NCBI GenBank assembly: GCA_043228905.1 | Contig: JBHGNT010000006.1 | Span: 5,084,001 to 5,148,000, forward strand | Source of the DNA: Azolla caroliniana | Taxonomy: Eukaryota; Plantae; Polypodiophyta | Reading direction: 5' to 3' | Length of the DNA stretch: 64,000 bases | Part shown: one piece after another, positions 1 through 12,074 of the stretch | Layout of the letters: the number at the start of each line of letters is the position of its first letter | How positions within the stretch are numbered: position 1 is the first letter of the stretch | The notes under the pieces: model-generated | The model's database searches: none | What the model was told of the DNA's origin: nothing | The model's input: only the letters and a program-made list of their open reading frames with translations | Translations under genes and position numbers: made by a program

Positions 1-1022
1 CTCCATGCTTCCTTTAGAAGAGATGTGCTTTAGAATCATCCCCAGGTGCGCTTGAATGGAAGTTATTGATCTAGAATTCTTTCCTATAGAGACCTGGCCG
101 GCTGGGAAGAACCGGTGTTGATAACCCACGACTTGCTTGCTTGCTTGACGGTTGAAGAAGCGATTTTCATCGGCATTCTACTTGCCAAAAAGAAAGCCTT
201 CATGAGCTCAATTCTTAAAGCATTAGATTCCCACACCTTGCCAATGAACTTTTTGATTCACATATGTCATTACTGTGTGTGCTCATTCACCCATGTTTTC
301 TTGACTTATCCGCTCAATTATGTCTCACCTTGTTGGCTACCCCTTGTTGATTTGTAAATCTGTCCAACCTAGATCATTCTTGTAAATAACTACGTAGATA
401 CCCATGCTACTTAACATAGAAAATTAGAGCCTATGATTGTAGATCTAATCGGGCGTGAATTAAAGATTGTCGTTCAAATGTACTCCTATGTCTGTAAACC
501 ATGTTAAACCACCTCTCTAAACGAAGAGAGAAACTGGAACCTAAGAAAATCATCATGTCGCTATTTGCTTATATCTTGCCTCTCCTTCCTCGTGTACCTA
601 CTATCTTTGTGTGAGTGATGCTCCAACTAAGTTGTATGTTGAGATGCGATCAAATGGTACGACTTGGTGATGGTGCCCGGTTACTCCTCTTTTAGCACTA
701 ATGGTCTTCCTCTATGTATTCCTCCATGGGCTATATTGCTCATATTGTATTCTTGATTGTGAGTATGTGTATTGTGTTGCATTTGTGTGTGATTGGTGTA
801 ACAATGTTAAGATTATAGGTAATCCTGATTCCCTCACGTAGTATGTTACAAGAAACAACATTTAAAAAAGAAGAAGAAAGATACACCTCAGTATATTACT
901 TGAGAAATGTACATATAGAAAACAAAAGGAGACATTTCATATCACCTCTATTGTGATACAAAGGCTAATACCAACATCTGATCAAACAGATGATATCATA
1001 TGAGAAACAAGTGGAGCAAAAA

Positions 1023-4000
1023 CTACAAGCTATGCAACAAAAAAGAAGGTATGGCATAATTCCACCTTAGACCAGAAGTTGTGTTTGAAAATAAGTGAAG
1101 CCCTTGCCATTGTTTCTTAAAGTCCACTTGATGTTGCCATAGAACATCAGCCGAACCCTGCATATCATCATATTGACCATGTAGTGTATGGACAAATACA
1201 ACCATAATTCAATAAACACGGTGCAGAGATGTATGTGAGCATTATTAAAAACGACATCACATCTCGCTTTCCATATTATCCAAAGAGCTAATGGCGCAAT
1301 AGTACACCAAATAACCAGATTTTCAATTCTAAACAGTGGAATAGAAGATGGAAATAAGGTGAGATAGAGGTGTTCGTGGGAAAAGTGAAAGACATGAGAA
1401 GCATGCCTACTTTCAGACTTCATAACATCTCCATGAAGGGCACCCCATAATACTGCACCCCACGAGAAAATAGAACGAGAATAATGTTGTCTCAACAATA
1501 AAAACAACTTACTAAAAAATGGCTTGATCCTAGGGCATAACCAAAACACATGCAAAATAGATTCCATAGATGCACCACAATGCATTCCACAAGCATATTG
1601 CTGATTTTGCCTCAACCAATCACCAATAGGAAGAGCATAATGCATCAACAGCCAGCGAAAACAAATCACTTTTTTCGGCAACTACATACTTCGCAACCAT
1701 TTCCAAAATTTGGTAAGTTGTAATGCATTCACATTATTTGGAGTCTAATGCTTCATGGTAGCAGGGCATTTATACATTGATTGCAACAATAAATTTCTAC
1801 CTAGCTCAACCGAATATTGGAAAAACGCTAAATGTTTACCATCTCCACAAGCACTCAGATTTTTCCATTGATAATCAGTCGGATTCCTGTCCCAATTGTA
1901 AAGAGGTTTTTTTTGAAAACCCCACAATGAACAACACTGTAAGCATTCTTGAAAGGGTGGATCCAAGAACCATTTTTTTCTAGATCTTGCAACTACTCGA
2001 ATAGCTGAAACATTGGCGGACATCCACACATTTGATGTAGAAAATACATGCCACAACCTACCATCATCATCCACATTAAAGAATATAGCATCGCCCACAA
2101 TGTTAGTTACTTTAGCTCCTAAAATAACCTTTAGAGGAGAGAAATAACCAAACCAAATCTGATTGCTAGAGGTGGACCATGAAGCCATAAATTGTCCCAA
2201 TGCCACTTGCATATCATTGCACATAATAACACCTCCTCGAACTAAAAGCATCAACAAAGATTGTAATGGTTGATTCATAAGATAAAATTCCCATGATAGA
2301 ACATTACCTATTGATGCATTCAAAGAAGCCCAATTCAGCCAAGGACAACTACCAAGCAGAAAACCCCTTGCACCAGAGAAGAGAAAATTCCAGGTCAAAG
2401 GTTGTCTCAACAAGTCATCCGTTATCAAAGGCATCTTCCGAACTAGAAACTTTTTAACAATTGACCAACTTGTGAGAATTCCATTAGAGAATCTATCTTC
2501 TGATAATGTTGTTCTAAACAAATGAAAATTTTGAATAAAGGCCCCTTAATGAGGGTTGTCATATTCCACCTATTGTCGGACACATAGTAGATTGCCTAGG
2601 CATCATCAGCTGACTCCAAACATCTTGCATTGGCAACATAGCTCCACACACAAATTTAGAAAGCAAAACCTTACATTGCGCTTCTGGATCCACCAACCCC
2701 AACCCACCATTTTGTCGCGGAGCAATCAATACTGCCCAAGATACTTTAGGCCTTTTATCTTAACATGTTTTTACTCCTCAAATGTAATTGCGAATGAGGC
2801 GTTGCTCTTGCAAAATACAGGATCTAGCAAACAACATAGTAGAAGCAATATACCAAATAGTTGCCAGAAGAACTTGGTTAGCTACAAACAAGTACACGAC
2901 CTGCAAATGACAGGTTAACCAAATCCCAAAGCAACAATTTTCTCCTTAACTTTACAAGTAGAGGAGCAACTAACATATATGCATTAACATGAAGTCCCAC
3001 TTGACAACCTAAGTAACGAGTAGTGGTTCCATCAGGAACCCACTTGAATTCTTGCAAAAAGGCATCCAAGTAGGCAACAAATTTTGTGATACCCAAAAAC
3101 CAAGAGATTTATGCCAATTTATCTTTGCTCTAGAGGCCAAACAGAATTCCTCCACTAACTACTACTTGCAATTTACTTAAATTATCATCATTACCTTGGA
3201 CATAAATTGCAGTATCATCTGCAAATTCGGAATCCAAATGTTGTTGTTGCATTGTAGGCAAAGGCAAACCCTTCAAAGAAACTTGAGAAGAATTTAAATA
3301 CATTGAAAATGTTTCCATTACTAGCAAAAACAGGAATGGGGCCAATGGATAGCCTTGACGTACAGAACGCGTAATAGAGAATTTTCTAGTTTGCCCACCG
3401 GCTACCGAGACTAAACTAAAGGCCTCACGATACAATGAAGCTACAACCCTAATCCATTGAACAAGAAAACCAAATCTTAAAAATGAACCTTCCATGAAGT
3501 CCCAATTAAGTCTGTCACATGCCTTTTCAAAATCTAATAAAAGTACCACAAGATCTTCTTTATTCTTCGTTGCAATCCCTGTTAATTCCCAGAATAGAAA
3601 AACATTATAAAAAATACTACGTTCTTGCATAAATCCCTTCTGAGATGCATGCACAAAATCCGGAATTAAGGGTTGTAATCTCAAAGCCAATAACTTAACA
3701 TAAATTTTGTAGATTGTATTCAATAAAGTAATGGGGCACCACCCTTAACCTCATTTGTAACTACATCACCTTTCAGAATGAGGTATATCAATCCCTCTTT
3801 CCACATTTGTGGCATAATACCTGTATTGAACATTTCTTGAAATGCTGCAAGTAAATCATCAACACACAAATCCCAATATGTAATGAAAAATTCTCTCTCC
3901 ATTCCATCTACTCCCGGGCACACATATGGTGCAATACCTTTGATAGCCTGCAATATTTCAAAGGAGGAAAATGGACGATGAAGTTGATGCGATATCCGAG

Positions 4001-5400
4001 ATGTTACCTTAACCGCTGTAGCAGTCCATATTTTTTGACGCATATGTAGAGTTTCAACACTTAGAATATCTGCTAATAACAACGACTCATAATAAGTGGC
4101 TACAATATGCCCATTTCATCTCTATCCATTGTGACAGTGCCGTAAGATATTTTCAACTGTACAATCTGAATTTTATTTCTTTTAGGCATAACATGTTGGT
4201 TCTTTTTATTGACATGGTGTTACCTTTTGCACACCGTCTTGCTGCAAATGCTTGAAAAAAGAATTGAGCACGTTTTTGCTGCAAAGAAGAAATATTAAGC
4301 ATCATAGCATTTTGTAATTTAGAATGAATACATTGAGAATGAGGTTGTTTTTCTTGCAAAATTTGAAGAGAAGCCACACCTCTCTTAGCATTCAACAAAC
4401 TTCTAGCGTAATTACTCTGTTTTAACTTAGCTTGTTGTATAAAGAAGTTGGAAACTGCCAGAAGAGCATTTTGTATTTTCTAACAATTAGAATCCCCTAC
4501 CGCCATTCTCCAAAGTGAAAAAACGGTATGCTGCAAATTCATATCATCAACAATAAACCTTGGCACATACAATCGAGAAATAGAAGTATGACTGTCCATA
4601 CAAAAGTTGAGCATAATCGGAGCATGATCTGAGAATGAAGTGCCCGATATAATACCCACATATCCTCCATGATCCCCCAAAAAAGAATCTGCATAAAACC
4701 TATCTATTCTCGGCAAATTAAGAGCATCACTTCTTCTATTGGAACGTGAATATAACAAGGAATCAAGCATGCGAGAGAAAATAAGAATATGCCACAAATC
4801 AGTAACTTCATATTTGAAAATTAATTTCTCCCACTCACGCAATTCCAAACCCGAGATAGTAGCAGAAGATCCACCTAATGTATCAATAAGGCTTTCAATA
4901 ATGTTCCAATCACCACACATACACCAATGTTGTGCCATAGGAAGATCTTGCAATAACATATCCACAATCGAATTCTTGTAGTAGTAGAATTCGGAGCATA
5001 TACATTAAAAAAACCAATCAATTTTCCAAAAATAAGAATAAGCATATATTGAACTCTACCACCATGCAAGACTCCTTTAGCTTGCACATGAGTCTGCCAT
5101 TGCATTCTAAGTGCGATACAAAGACCACCTTGAGTACCAGAGGGTCCAAACACTGGAACCCATTCATAAATCCAACTACCACACAATAAATTTCTAATCG
5201 ACGCTATCCTTCGCGAATTAAGATGGTGTTCTCGAAAACATGGCATATCAAGTCGACCTATAGAAGATAGAAATAATTCTTGATTCAAGTAACATTTTAC
5301 TCTATTACAACGACTCACACCTAATCCTTGAAGGTTCCAAGATATTAAATAATCCATATCAAGATTGAGATGGAGAAGACCTCTTATCAGTCAAAACTAC
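1023..5400 (-). mobile_element. Decayed non-LTR retrotransposon (L1/Tx1-like LINE) ORF2: endonuclease, RT and C-terminal zinc-finger region, with many frameshifts and stops
   Basis: Collinear minus-strand fragments: EN (ISWNLQGL, NVYAPN, CGDWN, RIDRFY, FSDHAPI; 4480-5357), RT (PGVDG, LDFEKA, SVRQGYPLAPFLF, FADD; 2878-4082) and zf-RVT (CGMHC..ESILHVFWLC, WIIWKARC; 1067-1681). Confidence 0.93.
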
Positions 5401-5929
5401 TTGTCTCTCCTTTTGAGAAGATGTTACTGCTCTTGTTATTCTTTTTTCCACACGAGAATCCTTGAATAAAATACGATAGTCTTTATATACTCTATTTTTG
5501 CTATTCCCAAGCGCTTCTATAGTATCCTTTGCGGATGTAAAAACATAAGGTGACTACCCGATCCCTGTCTATAAAACAACTGAATATGATTGAGCATCTA
5601 CCTTTGTATCGTTATGATAAAAAGAGGTTATCATTTTCTGAACTGACGTTTCAACTTTCGTCGGAGCTTGTTCTGGCATTGGGTCAATGACTGGAACAAT
5701 TTCCAAAGAAGAAATGGAAACCGACATATCTACATCTTTTCACAAAGCGTCCATACTACATTCAGGAAATGCTAAGGGAGGGGGATGACTGGAATAATCT
5801 CCATAGATGGAGCGGAAACTGACATTCCTATAACTTGCCTCAAAGTGTCCATACTACATTTCGGTAGTGCAATTTGAGGGAGACTGGATACAAGAAGTGG
5901 CCAATCCTTTCTTATTTCATTCTTAAGTT

Positions 5930-6890
5930 GGGATGAAATATACTTTCTTCACATGACAACATAACTTTTTGATTTTTTTTGTGTTTGAAAAGGAAGTTGA
6001 TATGTTGGGGTTCATCGGCGATAACAAGATGGTTGATGTGGATTGAATGAAGTTCATTTTCTGTTTTTGTTAGGATGAGTGATGATGTTGTAGGGACTGA
6101 AGCTGTCATCATGAGAAGGAAGTTGATATGTTGGTGATCATCGACGATATTGAGATGATTGATGTGGATTGGAGGAAGTTCATTTTTTGGTTTTTTGTAA
6201 GGATGAGTGAATCTGATGTTGTAGGGGCTGAAGCTAATATCATGAGAAGGCGAGGAACTTTTTAGACTCATTTTTTGTTGTCTGTATAGGATGTTAATGA
6301 CAATCAGTGATATGGCAAGATGGCCGGCTAGATGTTAATGAGGATTGAATGAAGATGATTTTATGTTGTTCATTAGGATGAGTGATGATGAAGGTAGAGA
6401 TTGAAGCATATTGCCATGATGAGAGGATGAGTGATGATGGTGTGGAGGCCGAAGCAGAGCATGAGTAGGAATCATTCTAGATTCATTTTGTTGTTATTTG
6501 TACATGAATCTGGTGGTAATCGACGAGATGGTTGATGTGGACTGAGGGAAGAAATTTTTCTTTGTGATAAGGATGAGCGAAGATGATGGTGGTGGTGGTG
6601 GGGGGGGAGTTGATTATTATGAGTAGGTGAGGAAACTTTTAGACTCATTTTTTGCTGTCAGTACAAGATGTCGGTGGGCATCGACAAGATGACAAGATGG
6701 TCGGTGAGATCCAAATGTTGATGTGGACTAAATGAAGAAGATTTTAGGTTTCTCATTATGATGAGTGATGATGGTGTGGCGGTAGGGATTGAAGCATAGT
6801 ACCATGATGAGCGGATGAGTGATGATGGTGTGGGGGCCGAATCAAATCATGTGGGGGGAGGAAATAGTCTAGATTCATTTTGTTGATTCG
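5930..6890. repeat. Degenerate tandem repeat related to the 52.1-53.7 kb satellite
   Basis: Recurrent GATGGTTGATGTGGA, GGATGAGTGATGATG, TTGAAGCATA and TTTTAGACTCATTT motifs are shared with 52090-53670. Confidence 0.7.
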
Positions 6891-6989
6891 TGCATCCTAG
6901 GTTCTGCATACTTGGAAATTGTTGCCTGGAACAAAGTTGATGGGATGTGCATCACGAGGAGTAAATTGGTCTTCTCATAGACCCTTGAT

Positions 6990-9059
6990 GTGCCCACAAG
7001 AAGGATGCTCTTCAACGTTAGTGTTGGATGGTCTTCAAATCGGCTTAGCCTGGTTGATATATATGCTAAATGTGGTATGCTTGCAAAATCAAAACAAGCG
7101 CGTGAAGAGCTTCCTATTCGAAATGAAGTCTCTTGGTCTTCACTAATTGCTAGATATGCCCAACAATGCCAAGGTTACGAAGCATTGAAAGGCTTTGAAA
7201 GGATGGGATATGAGGGTTATCTTGCCAATGCAATCACCTTCATTTGCATCATGAAAGCTTGTGGTACCATAGGTGCTATTGACGAGGGCAAAGAGATTTA
7301 TAATGAGACTGTGAGTAGAGGCTTGATTAATATGAATATCATTCTTGGCACAACTTTACTAGATATGTATGCTAGATGTGATCTCTTTACCGAAGCACAA
7401 TATGTTCTTGATGTGCTTCCTATTCGAAATGAAGTGTCGTGGTAAGCACTAATCGAAGGCTACACACCCAATGGGAAAGATAACGAAGCACTGAGTTGTT
7501 TAGAACAAATGCAAGCTGAAGGAATTTCTCCTAATGCAATACCATTCATTTCCATCCTGAAAGCATGTGGCAACACAAGATCAATAAATGAAGGCATCAA
7601 GATTCATGATGAGATTGAGACAAGGTGGGACTTGTTAGAGAAGAATATTGTGATCGTGGATATGTATGTGAAATGTGAGATGCTTGCAAAAGCAAAAGTT
7701 GTGCTACAAGGGCTCCCTAGTCAAAATGTTGTGTGTTGGATTGCACTAATCACATAGTACACTTGAACATGGACATAACATTGAAATATTTTGAGCGGAT
7801 GCAAAGTGAAGGGTTCTCTTCGAATGTGATCACATTTCTTTCTATTATGAAGGCATGTGGTAGAATCGGAGCTCTAGACAAGGGCAAACACTTTCACCAT
7901 GTGATTTTTAGTAGGGGATTTCTTGGGAAGGATGTGATGCTTTGTAATGCCCTGGTTGACATGTATGCTAAATGTTGTACGATTGCACAAGCACAGAAAG
8001 TGTTGGAAGAGTGTCCTATTAGAGATGTTGTCACTTGGAATACACTAATTCAAGGGTATGTTGAGCATGGGCAATGCCATAAAGTATTAAATTGTTTTGA
8101 AAGGATGCAAAGTGAGGGCTTGTCTCCTAATACAATTATTTTGATTTACATCTTGAAGGCTTGCGGAAGTGTAGAAGCTATTGACAAGGCAAAAGAAATT
8201 CATGGTGAGATTGCGGATATGGCTCTGGTGGTTAATGATGTGATGGTATTTGGCAATGCTTTGATGGACATGTATGCCAAATGTGGTATATTTGGAACAG
8301 CCAAGGAAGTGATGGAAAAGTTTTTTTTTCAAGATGTGAATAGCTTGGAATGCACTCATTACAACATATGTCCAACATGGACAATGCCACAAAGCACTTG
8401 ATTCATTTGAACAAATGCAAAGCATGGGCATTTCTCTAGATATGGTTACTTTTATCTGTATCTTGAAGGCATGTGGTAGTACTAGAGCCATAGAGAAGGG
8501 GAAACAAATTCATCATGTTATTTACAGTAAGGGTTTTTTGGAGAAAGATATTATGCTTGGGACTGCGTTGGTTGATATGTATGTGAAATGTGGATGTCTT
8601 GTAAAAGCACAAGAAGTGATTGAAGAGCTTCTAGTACGAAATGTGGTAACATGGAATGCATTAATTGTAGGGTATGCCCAACAAGAACAATTATGTATTA
8701 GTGCAACACTTACCGATATTGAACATATGAAAATTGAGGGGCTCACTCCAAATGAGGTCACCTTCATATGCGTTTTAAATGCATGTGGTCGTTGGGGGAA
8801 GTTGTGTGAGGCCGAAAGGCTTTTTGGGAACATGATCAGAAAATATGGCATTTCTCCAAACGTAGAGCATTATACTTCCATGGGGCAAACTTTTGGAAAT
8901 GCCGGTCTCTTCAATAAGACAGTATCAATTATAAAAATGATGCCATTTTCAAATTACCCTACAATTAGTCTTGTACTATTGCATGCTTGTAGTAAATGGG
9001 GGAATTTGGAGGTTGGGAAATTAAGTTTCGATAAGGCAATATCATTGGATTATAGTTGA
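6990..9059 (+). pseudogene. PLS-class pentatricopeptide repeat (PPR) pseudogene with E domain (organellar RNA-editing factor type)
   Basis: Repeated P/L/S motifs (ALVDMYAKC, DVVTWNTLIQGY, PNxxTFICILKACG) span four broken frames and end in an E motif (EHYTSM...ACSKWGNLEVG). There is a stop near 7443 and several frameshifts. No introns or DYW domain seen. Confidence 0.9.
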
Positions 9060-9148
9060 ATGTCAGAATATGTCTGTTTATTGGTGATTGCCATAGATCC
9101 TTGAATGATGTCTAGGTATCCAAAGTCATTCTCATGCTTATGGGATGA

Positions 9149-9330
9149 GTGAACATGGCACATGACAAAAGGTCATGTGGCGTCGAAGCAGCAACTAACT
9201 TGTTGCAAAAGCTTCCTGATGAGCCTTCTTTATCATCATGGATGTTTATATTAAGATCTTCCCACCTTCATGGGAATGTTGACGTGGCAAAAGAGGCAAT
9301 TGAATTTATCATCAAGTTGGCGCCAAAAAA
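9149..9330 (+). pseudogene. Second, divergent PPR E-motif fragment
   Basis: LLQKLPDEPSLSSWMFILRSSHLHGNVDVAKEAIEFIIKLAP resembles the E1 consensus (MP.EP...W..LL.AC..HGNV..A). Confidence 0.6.
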
Positions 9331-10083
9331 AGAAACCACGAACTCCTTTGTTGGCTTTTTTCTGGAGGTTGGACTAGGCATCTTGCTGATTTGGAGAATG
9401 GTATGGCTTCATTGTACTTTCTTTGCCTAGAAAGATTGGCGAGGGGTTTTTTTTCTTACTTATCTTTACCTAGAAAGATTGGCTAGGGTCATTCGGCACG
9501 ACTTTACAATATTCGTAGTAATATTAGACTATTTTGTACATGGCCTTTGGCCACTTTCATTTTAATACCAATGGAGGATATTTTTTTCAGGAAAAAGAAA
9601 CAACATTCGAGCTATGGATTCTCAAGTTTAATCACTATTTGTATAATCTAACCGATTAACGAGGTAGTATATTTTGTTACTAGTTGTAAATGATCCTTGT
9701 GTCCAAAATAACTTTGAGCCGGAACTTTTGGTTCATGAACAAGTTGAACTAGAGGTGGGGACAAAGTTGTGAAATTTCGGAATGGAACTAGAACCAAAAG
9801 GTTCCTTCGATGAGACATGGAGCACTAGTTGGAGATACTTATATAAAGGAAGAGCTAAATGAAATGCCACATCCTTGATTTGGGCAAATATCACATATGG
9901 ATAGACATTGGTAATCTCATGGCTTAATGATTATTATGCTACGTGGCAATAGCCACAAACATGAGTGAAGAGTCACTCTCTTTGGTCAATTGCTTGCTAT
10001 ATTCTCCAAGCTCCCAAAATATAAACAAGATGGTTCGGTTGATGCCCTTACCTTAAACCTTACATAAAGATCTTCAATGATTA

Positions 10084-10990
10084 TGTCGTGAAAATCCGTC
10101 ACTATTTGCAGATTGTGAGGCGGAACCGATGGGGTTATGGACGGGAAGGAATTAGAGCTCACACGCACAAGAAGAGGAATTCACGAATATTCAAATGTGT
10201 TCGTGAATAGGAGAAGTGCATGGGCAAGCCCGAATGAACCCCTAGTCACAAGGAGAATGAATGCACGAGAGGAAGGTTTACACACGGACACACAAGGAAA
10301 AGGCTTACATACACACATGGTTTCGTGGCATTCCACGTGCACGTGTCCGATCAGGCGGGATCACCGGGGTCACAAACCAGGAAGAGATGGATTCCGGGAG
10401 ACCGACTCTCTCTGGAACTGGTTGTGCCTGATGTGGTCCAAACCAGAGCGATTCCGAACGCGTACCAGAGGTTTCCGAACAGAAGAGAGAGGGAGAGAGA
10501 TAGAGCACACGCACAACGCCGACTCCACACACACCTCTTATGTACAGAAAATGAAAGAAAGAAACGCACCTGACACCAATAGAGACATAGATATGCACAA
10601 CCCTTCATATATGTATTTACAAGACAACAAGATACAACGCCGGTCACGAGCCAGACCAGAGATAACAGATTACAACCGTTGTCCGCAGCCAAGCCGCTAG
10701 TCGGGGAGCGCTCGGGCTCATCATGCCGATTGGGGTCTTACGCCGGAGATAGAGGCAGAACCGGAACCTCAGATCTAACGGTATACCCTCCTAACTCAAA
10801 ATGGGCAACCCATTGAAAAGAGATCCCTCCCTCGTTTTATAGTCCAAGGAGGGAAGGAAGTTACAATGTGGGATAAATATCCCCCTATTATTTTTTATAT
10901 ATTTCCTAACGTATATGTGCACATGTTGCACATCGACGCCTTTGACCATTCCATCTGGTTTTCTCAACGTAGTCGGAAATCTTAACGACA
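10084..10990 (-). mobile_element. Probable LTR related to the tRNA-Trp-primed gypsy family
   Basis: Ends read TGTCGT...ACGACA. The reverse TATA context CCCTCGTTTTATAGTCCAAGG (~10830) resembles CCTCCTTTTATAGGCAAGG in the 23651 LTR. Flanks are ATTA and ACGG, so there is no TSD. Confidence 0.5.
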
Positions 10991-11160
10991 ACGGATGACA
11001 AATTTCCGAATTTCTTTTTGAAAGGAGAGGTGCATCGGCAAGCCCGAACGCTCCATTATCACAACACACATGAACACACAAGCAACTTTTACACATGTGA
11101 GACAAAGTTTTGAATGCCTTTGTGAAAGGAGAGGTGCATGGGCAAGACCGAATGCTCCCT

Positions 11161-11640
11161 TGTCAATGTTGTCAATGGGCTAGAAAAGTAAATTAGGAAA
11201 TAAAAGGCCATCGGTAGGTAGAAAAGTAATTAAGGAAGTTGGTAAACAAAACGCAACCAAGTCTGAGCCTTACAATCAGCCGAGGGTTCAACCTTGGGTA
11301 GTAAAAGGCTATATAAACCAAGACCTGTGTACCTCAGTATGGGGGAATATATAGATACTGTTAGGGAAATTATTGCTTACGAGTCCTCATCACTACATAG
11401 CTTTATTCTGGCTGAGGGCCGTGTACTGTAACTGAGGAAGGGAATCTCAATTTAATATATAACTCTTGTTGTTCTTCTTATTCTGTGATCTTTTCGTAAT
11501 CGTAAGTTTAAGCTACGCGCATGGTAAACAGTAACCTACACTAGTTGTGGCCAGTATAATTCCCCCCCTACTGTTTCCTAACTCAATCTCTGTTGAGAAG
11601 TAATCTTCACGTACCGTGACCCTTGATACTAATAGCCACA
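11161..11640 (+). mobile_element. LTR-like segment of an unidentified family
   Basis: TGTCAA start, CTATATAAA near 11309, T-rich U5-like part, and an end in ...GCCACA followed by TGG. No TSD confirmed. Confidence 0.35.
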
Positions 11641-11664
11641 TGGTTTATTGAAGGTGTTTATCCT

Positions 11665-12043
11665 TGTTGGGATTTCGGTCCCTCCGGATGGGATGTCCGG
11701 AGATGAATGACGGCAAGCCCGGTTGCGGTTACGGAACCGGAGGATGAAGAGTACCCGGCATGAAGCCGGATGAAGAGTACCCGGCTACGGAGCCGGATGA
11801 TGAAGAGTACCCGGCTACGGAGCCGGATGATGAAGACCCCGGCTACGGAGACGGATGATGAATGTACCCGGAGAGAGATCCGGATGCGGGGACATATTTG
11901 TGAATATGTTTGCCAAGGGCCCTTGAGGCTATATTTGTAAATAGCCCCAAAGTCATATGTGTATAAATATGACTTAGGGCAAACAGCTTAGTAGCTGTTA
12001 CTCATTTTTCTGGTTTTCCACTTAGAGGGAGCTAAGTGTGCAG

Positions 12044-12074
<31 letters not shown>

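Noticed and set aside
1-850. Possible LTR or leader remnant, and the 80-aa ORF
   Set aside because: No termini, PBS, PPT or protein motif could be identified.
9721-9806. Short inverted repeat GGAACTTTTGGTTC / GAACCAAAAGGTTCC
   Set aside because: Only about 14 bp, imperfect and without a TSD.
10137-10700. 187-aa ORF and overlapping ORFs as a host gene
   Set aside because: No recognisable domain. It lies in LTR-like DNA with GA/CA runs.
11641-11648. Self-priming PBS TGGTTTAT pairing with ATAAACCA at 11313
   Set aside because: Only 8 nt, and it overlaps the TATA box rather than the expected transcript start.
11970-11984. TTAGGG in copia LTRs as telomeric repeats
   Set aside because: Single isolated hexamers with no array.
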